Shown: piece by piece, positions 61,669-64,000 of the stretch
How positions within the stretch are numbered: position 1 is the stretch's first letter
How the letters are laid out: each line of letters opens with the position of its first letter
NCBI GenBank assembly: GCA_964016885.1
Contig: OZ024743.1
Coordinates: forward strand, 111,724,001-111,788,000
Origin: Eledone cirrhosa
Lineage: Eukaryota
Length of the DNA stretch: 64,000 bases
Direction of reading: 5' to 3'
The notes under the pieces: model-generated
What the model was told of the DNA's origin: nothing
Seen by the model: only the letters and a program-made list of their open reading frames with translations
Database searches by the model: none
Program-made: the position numbers and the translations under genes

Positions 61669-63584
61669 CAGTGAAAAATAGTTTCATTAGCAATAAGTAT
61701 AAATTACTAATTGTTTCTACTTTTGGCACAAGGCCAGCAAATACCCAGTATATTACTGGTACTTTATTTTATCGACCCCGTAAGGATGAAAGGCAAAGTT
61801 AACCTCGGCGCGATTTGAACTCAGAATGGCAAGGGCCGTAACTCAATGCGTCAAAGCATGGCCTCCGACCCTCTACCGATACTCCAATCCACCGCCCTTA
61901 TTCAGTTCTAGTTTTAAGTTTTTACCGGTTGCACATTTCTTATGCTTTTCAAAAATAATTTTGTGATGGAGTGTTCGTGATTTTTGCTCTAATCTGATCA
62001 GTTTTGGAAATTCTTCCTGTTTTATGTGAAAAAAGTGGCTTGGAAGGTATTAAGATTGGGTTGGTTGTTGAATATCTGTGAATAAGCACTATAAATGTCG
62101 TGCCAATTCGTGTGCAAATATTCTTGTAGTCAAAACAATTTTGATTGGTCGGTAAAAGTCACGTGAATGTTTAAATTGATTTTAGCGCGAGCTGGTTTCG
62201 CGCCAAATGTAGGTTTGTCGAAGATTATCCGATTCCGCTTGATTGAGTTGCAGTCATGTTGAGAGGTCAACAGTTCAGGTGTCTATTAAGAGAAATATAT
62301 TTGCGTGTGTGTGTGGTTCATTGGTGTGATAATGGAAATTAATAGGTCAGTAGAAATATGTGTGTACGTGTGTATGTGGGAGGGGGGTATTTTAACATGT
62401 TCAAACATATTCTTCAGCTCTTGTCCTATACGGACCCCGTCTAAACACTTCTTCCTAAGACGAACCCACAACATACGCACGTTGACATACATACCTACAT
62501 CAGCATACATCCTACATACATTTCTATCCACATATAAACACAATGGCATACGCAAACACACATGTTCTATGGTGCAACACAAATATACACAAATTAGCAC
62601 ACCTTATACACGTGCCGACATGCACACATACACATACGCACACATGTATTGCACATTGAGGGGTGCATACATATGTGTACACAAGTATCCCATACGGCAG
62701 GGCCTAATATATTCCCCCTTGCACTGCGTACAATCTGGACTCACACACGCCTTGTTGTTATGACAATACTATACATCATTTCACCTCTTTTGTTATTGAT
62801 GTTATTGATGATCTTTTGAGAGAATCAGTTTTGCAAATGACTGAACATATCGAATAATGTACGCCATTTTTACCAGTACCACAAAAATACTGGTCTATCC
62901 ACACACACACACACACGCATGCACACGTACGCACAAACATACAGACAGACATACACACACACTTATAAGACAAGAGCTGAAAAATATGTTTCTAACATGT
63001 TAAAATAATCCCCACCCCCACAACCACCACCACGCACACTCACACACACACGTACACACACATTCCTACTTACCGATTCATTTCCATTATCACAACAATG
63101 AACCACTTTGCTACACACACATACACACAGACATATTTCTCTTTTTAGACACCTGAACTGTTGACCTCTCAACATGACTGCGACTCAATCAAGCGAAAAC
63201 GGAAACTCTTCGACAAACCTACATTTGGCGCGAAACCAGCTCGCGCTAAAATCAATTTGAACATTCACGTGACTTCTACCAACCAATCAAAATTATTTTG
63301 ACTACAAGAATTTTGCAACACGAATTGGCGCGAAATGTAAAGTGCTTATTCACGTGACATTCAACAACCAACCAAATCTTAATACTTTCAAAACCACTTT
63401 TTTCACATGAAACAGGAAGAATTTACTGATCAGATTAGAGCAAAAATCACGAGCACTCTATCTCAAAACTATTTTTGAAAAGCATAAGAAATGCACAACC
63501 GGTAAAAACTGAAAAGTAAAACTGAATACTAACTAATACTTATTACTAATTTATACTTATTCTTAATTAAACTATCTTTCACTG
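61669..63584. repeat. Long inverted repeat / foldback element (arms about 61669-62430 and 62963-63584)
   Basis: TTTTTACCGGTTGCACATTTCTTATGCTTTTCAAAAATA vs TATTTTTGAAAAGCATAAGAAATGCACAACCGGTAAAAA, continuing for about 600 bp; termini CAGTG...CACTG; about 530-bp low-complexity spacer. Confidence 0.9.
61710..61898 (-). mobile_element. SINE family A inserted in the left arm of the inverted repeat
   Basis: Full-length reverse complement of the family consensus; absent from the right arm. Confidence 0.9.
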
Positions 63585-63836
63585 TTGACTGTCACCACAT
63601 ATTAAGAACCTGAAGATTCCGAAAGCATGAGAGTACTTGTTCAATTAACACTTAGAATGTAATATTCTGTCATACTATTTCATTATAATACCATTATACA
63701 TTTTAAAGGATTGTAAATAAAACGAGTAAATCAGACAAAGTTGGAATTCCTCTTATTAATATAATCTTCTATACACAATCATACACACCCGTGTATATTT
63801 ACCTATCTATCTATATATATATATATATATATATAT

Positions 63837-63868
<32 letters not shown>

Positions 63869-63871
63869 AGT

Positions 63872-63947
<76 letters not shown>

Positions 63948-64000
63948 TTGTGTCTTTGTATATGCATATATATATATATATAAACAAATTAACTTGAAAT

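Overview
Eukaryotic, AT-rich, microsatellite-dense genomic DNA with no host protein-coding gene I can support. The (TA)n/(TTA)n/(CA)n load and the SINE families suggest an octopus or other cephalopod genome (inference). The window is mostly a nest of mobile elements: (1) L1/Tx1-clade LINEs, with two almost intact, nearly identical ORF2s at 47469-50888 and 54528-57946, a deleted third copy and several old fragments; (2) R4/Dong-clade LINEs (RT plus restriction-like endonuclease), all on the minus strand and repeatedly tail-to-tail with Tx1 copies; (3) Neptune-type Penelope-like elements (PLEs) at (TA)n tracts with inverted pLTRs and minimal type I hammerhead ribozymes; (4) many tRNA-derived SINEs; (5) a Helitron 3' end, a hAT-like MITE, a possible MULE remnant and a 1.9 kb foldback element rich in E2F/E-box/CCAAT motifs. 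Main leads: a 52/53-nt GT-AG segment between Tx1 ORF1 and ORF2 whose removal fuses them in frame in both copies; divergent ORF1s joined to near-identical ORF2s exactly at that donor site; a 3' signature shared by the Tx1 and the main SINE; and partitioning of microsatellite targets among element classes. Boundaries were read by eye and old fragments are approximate; nothing was computed or searched.
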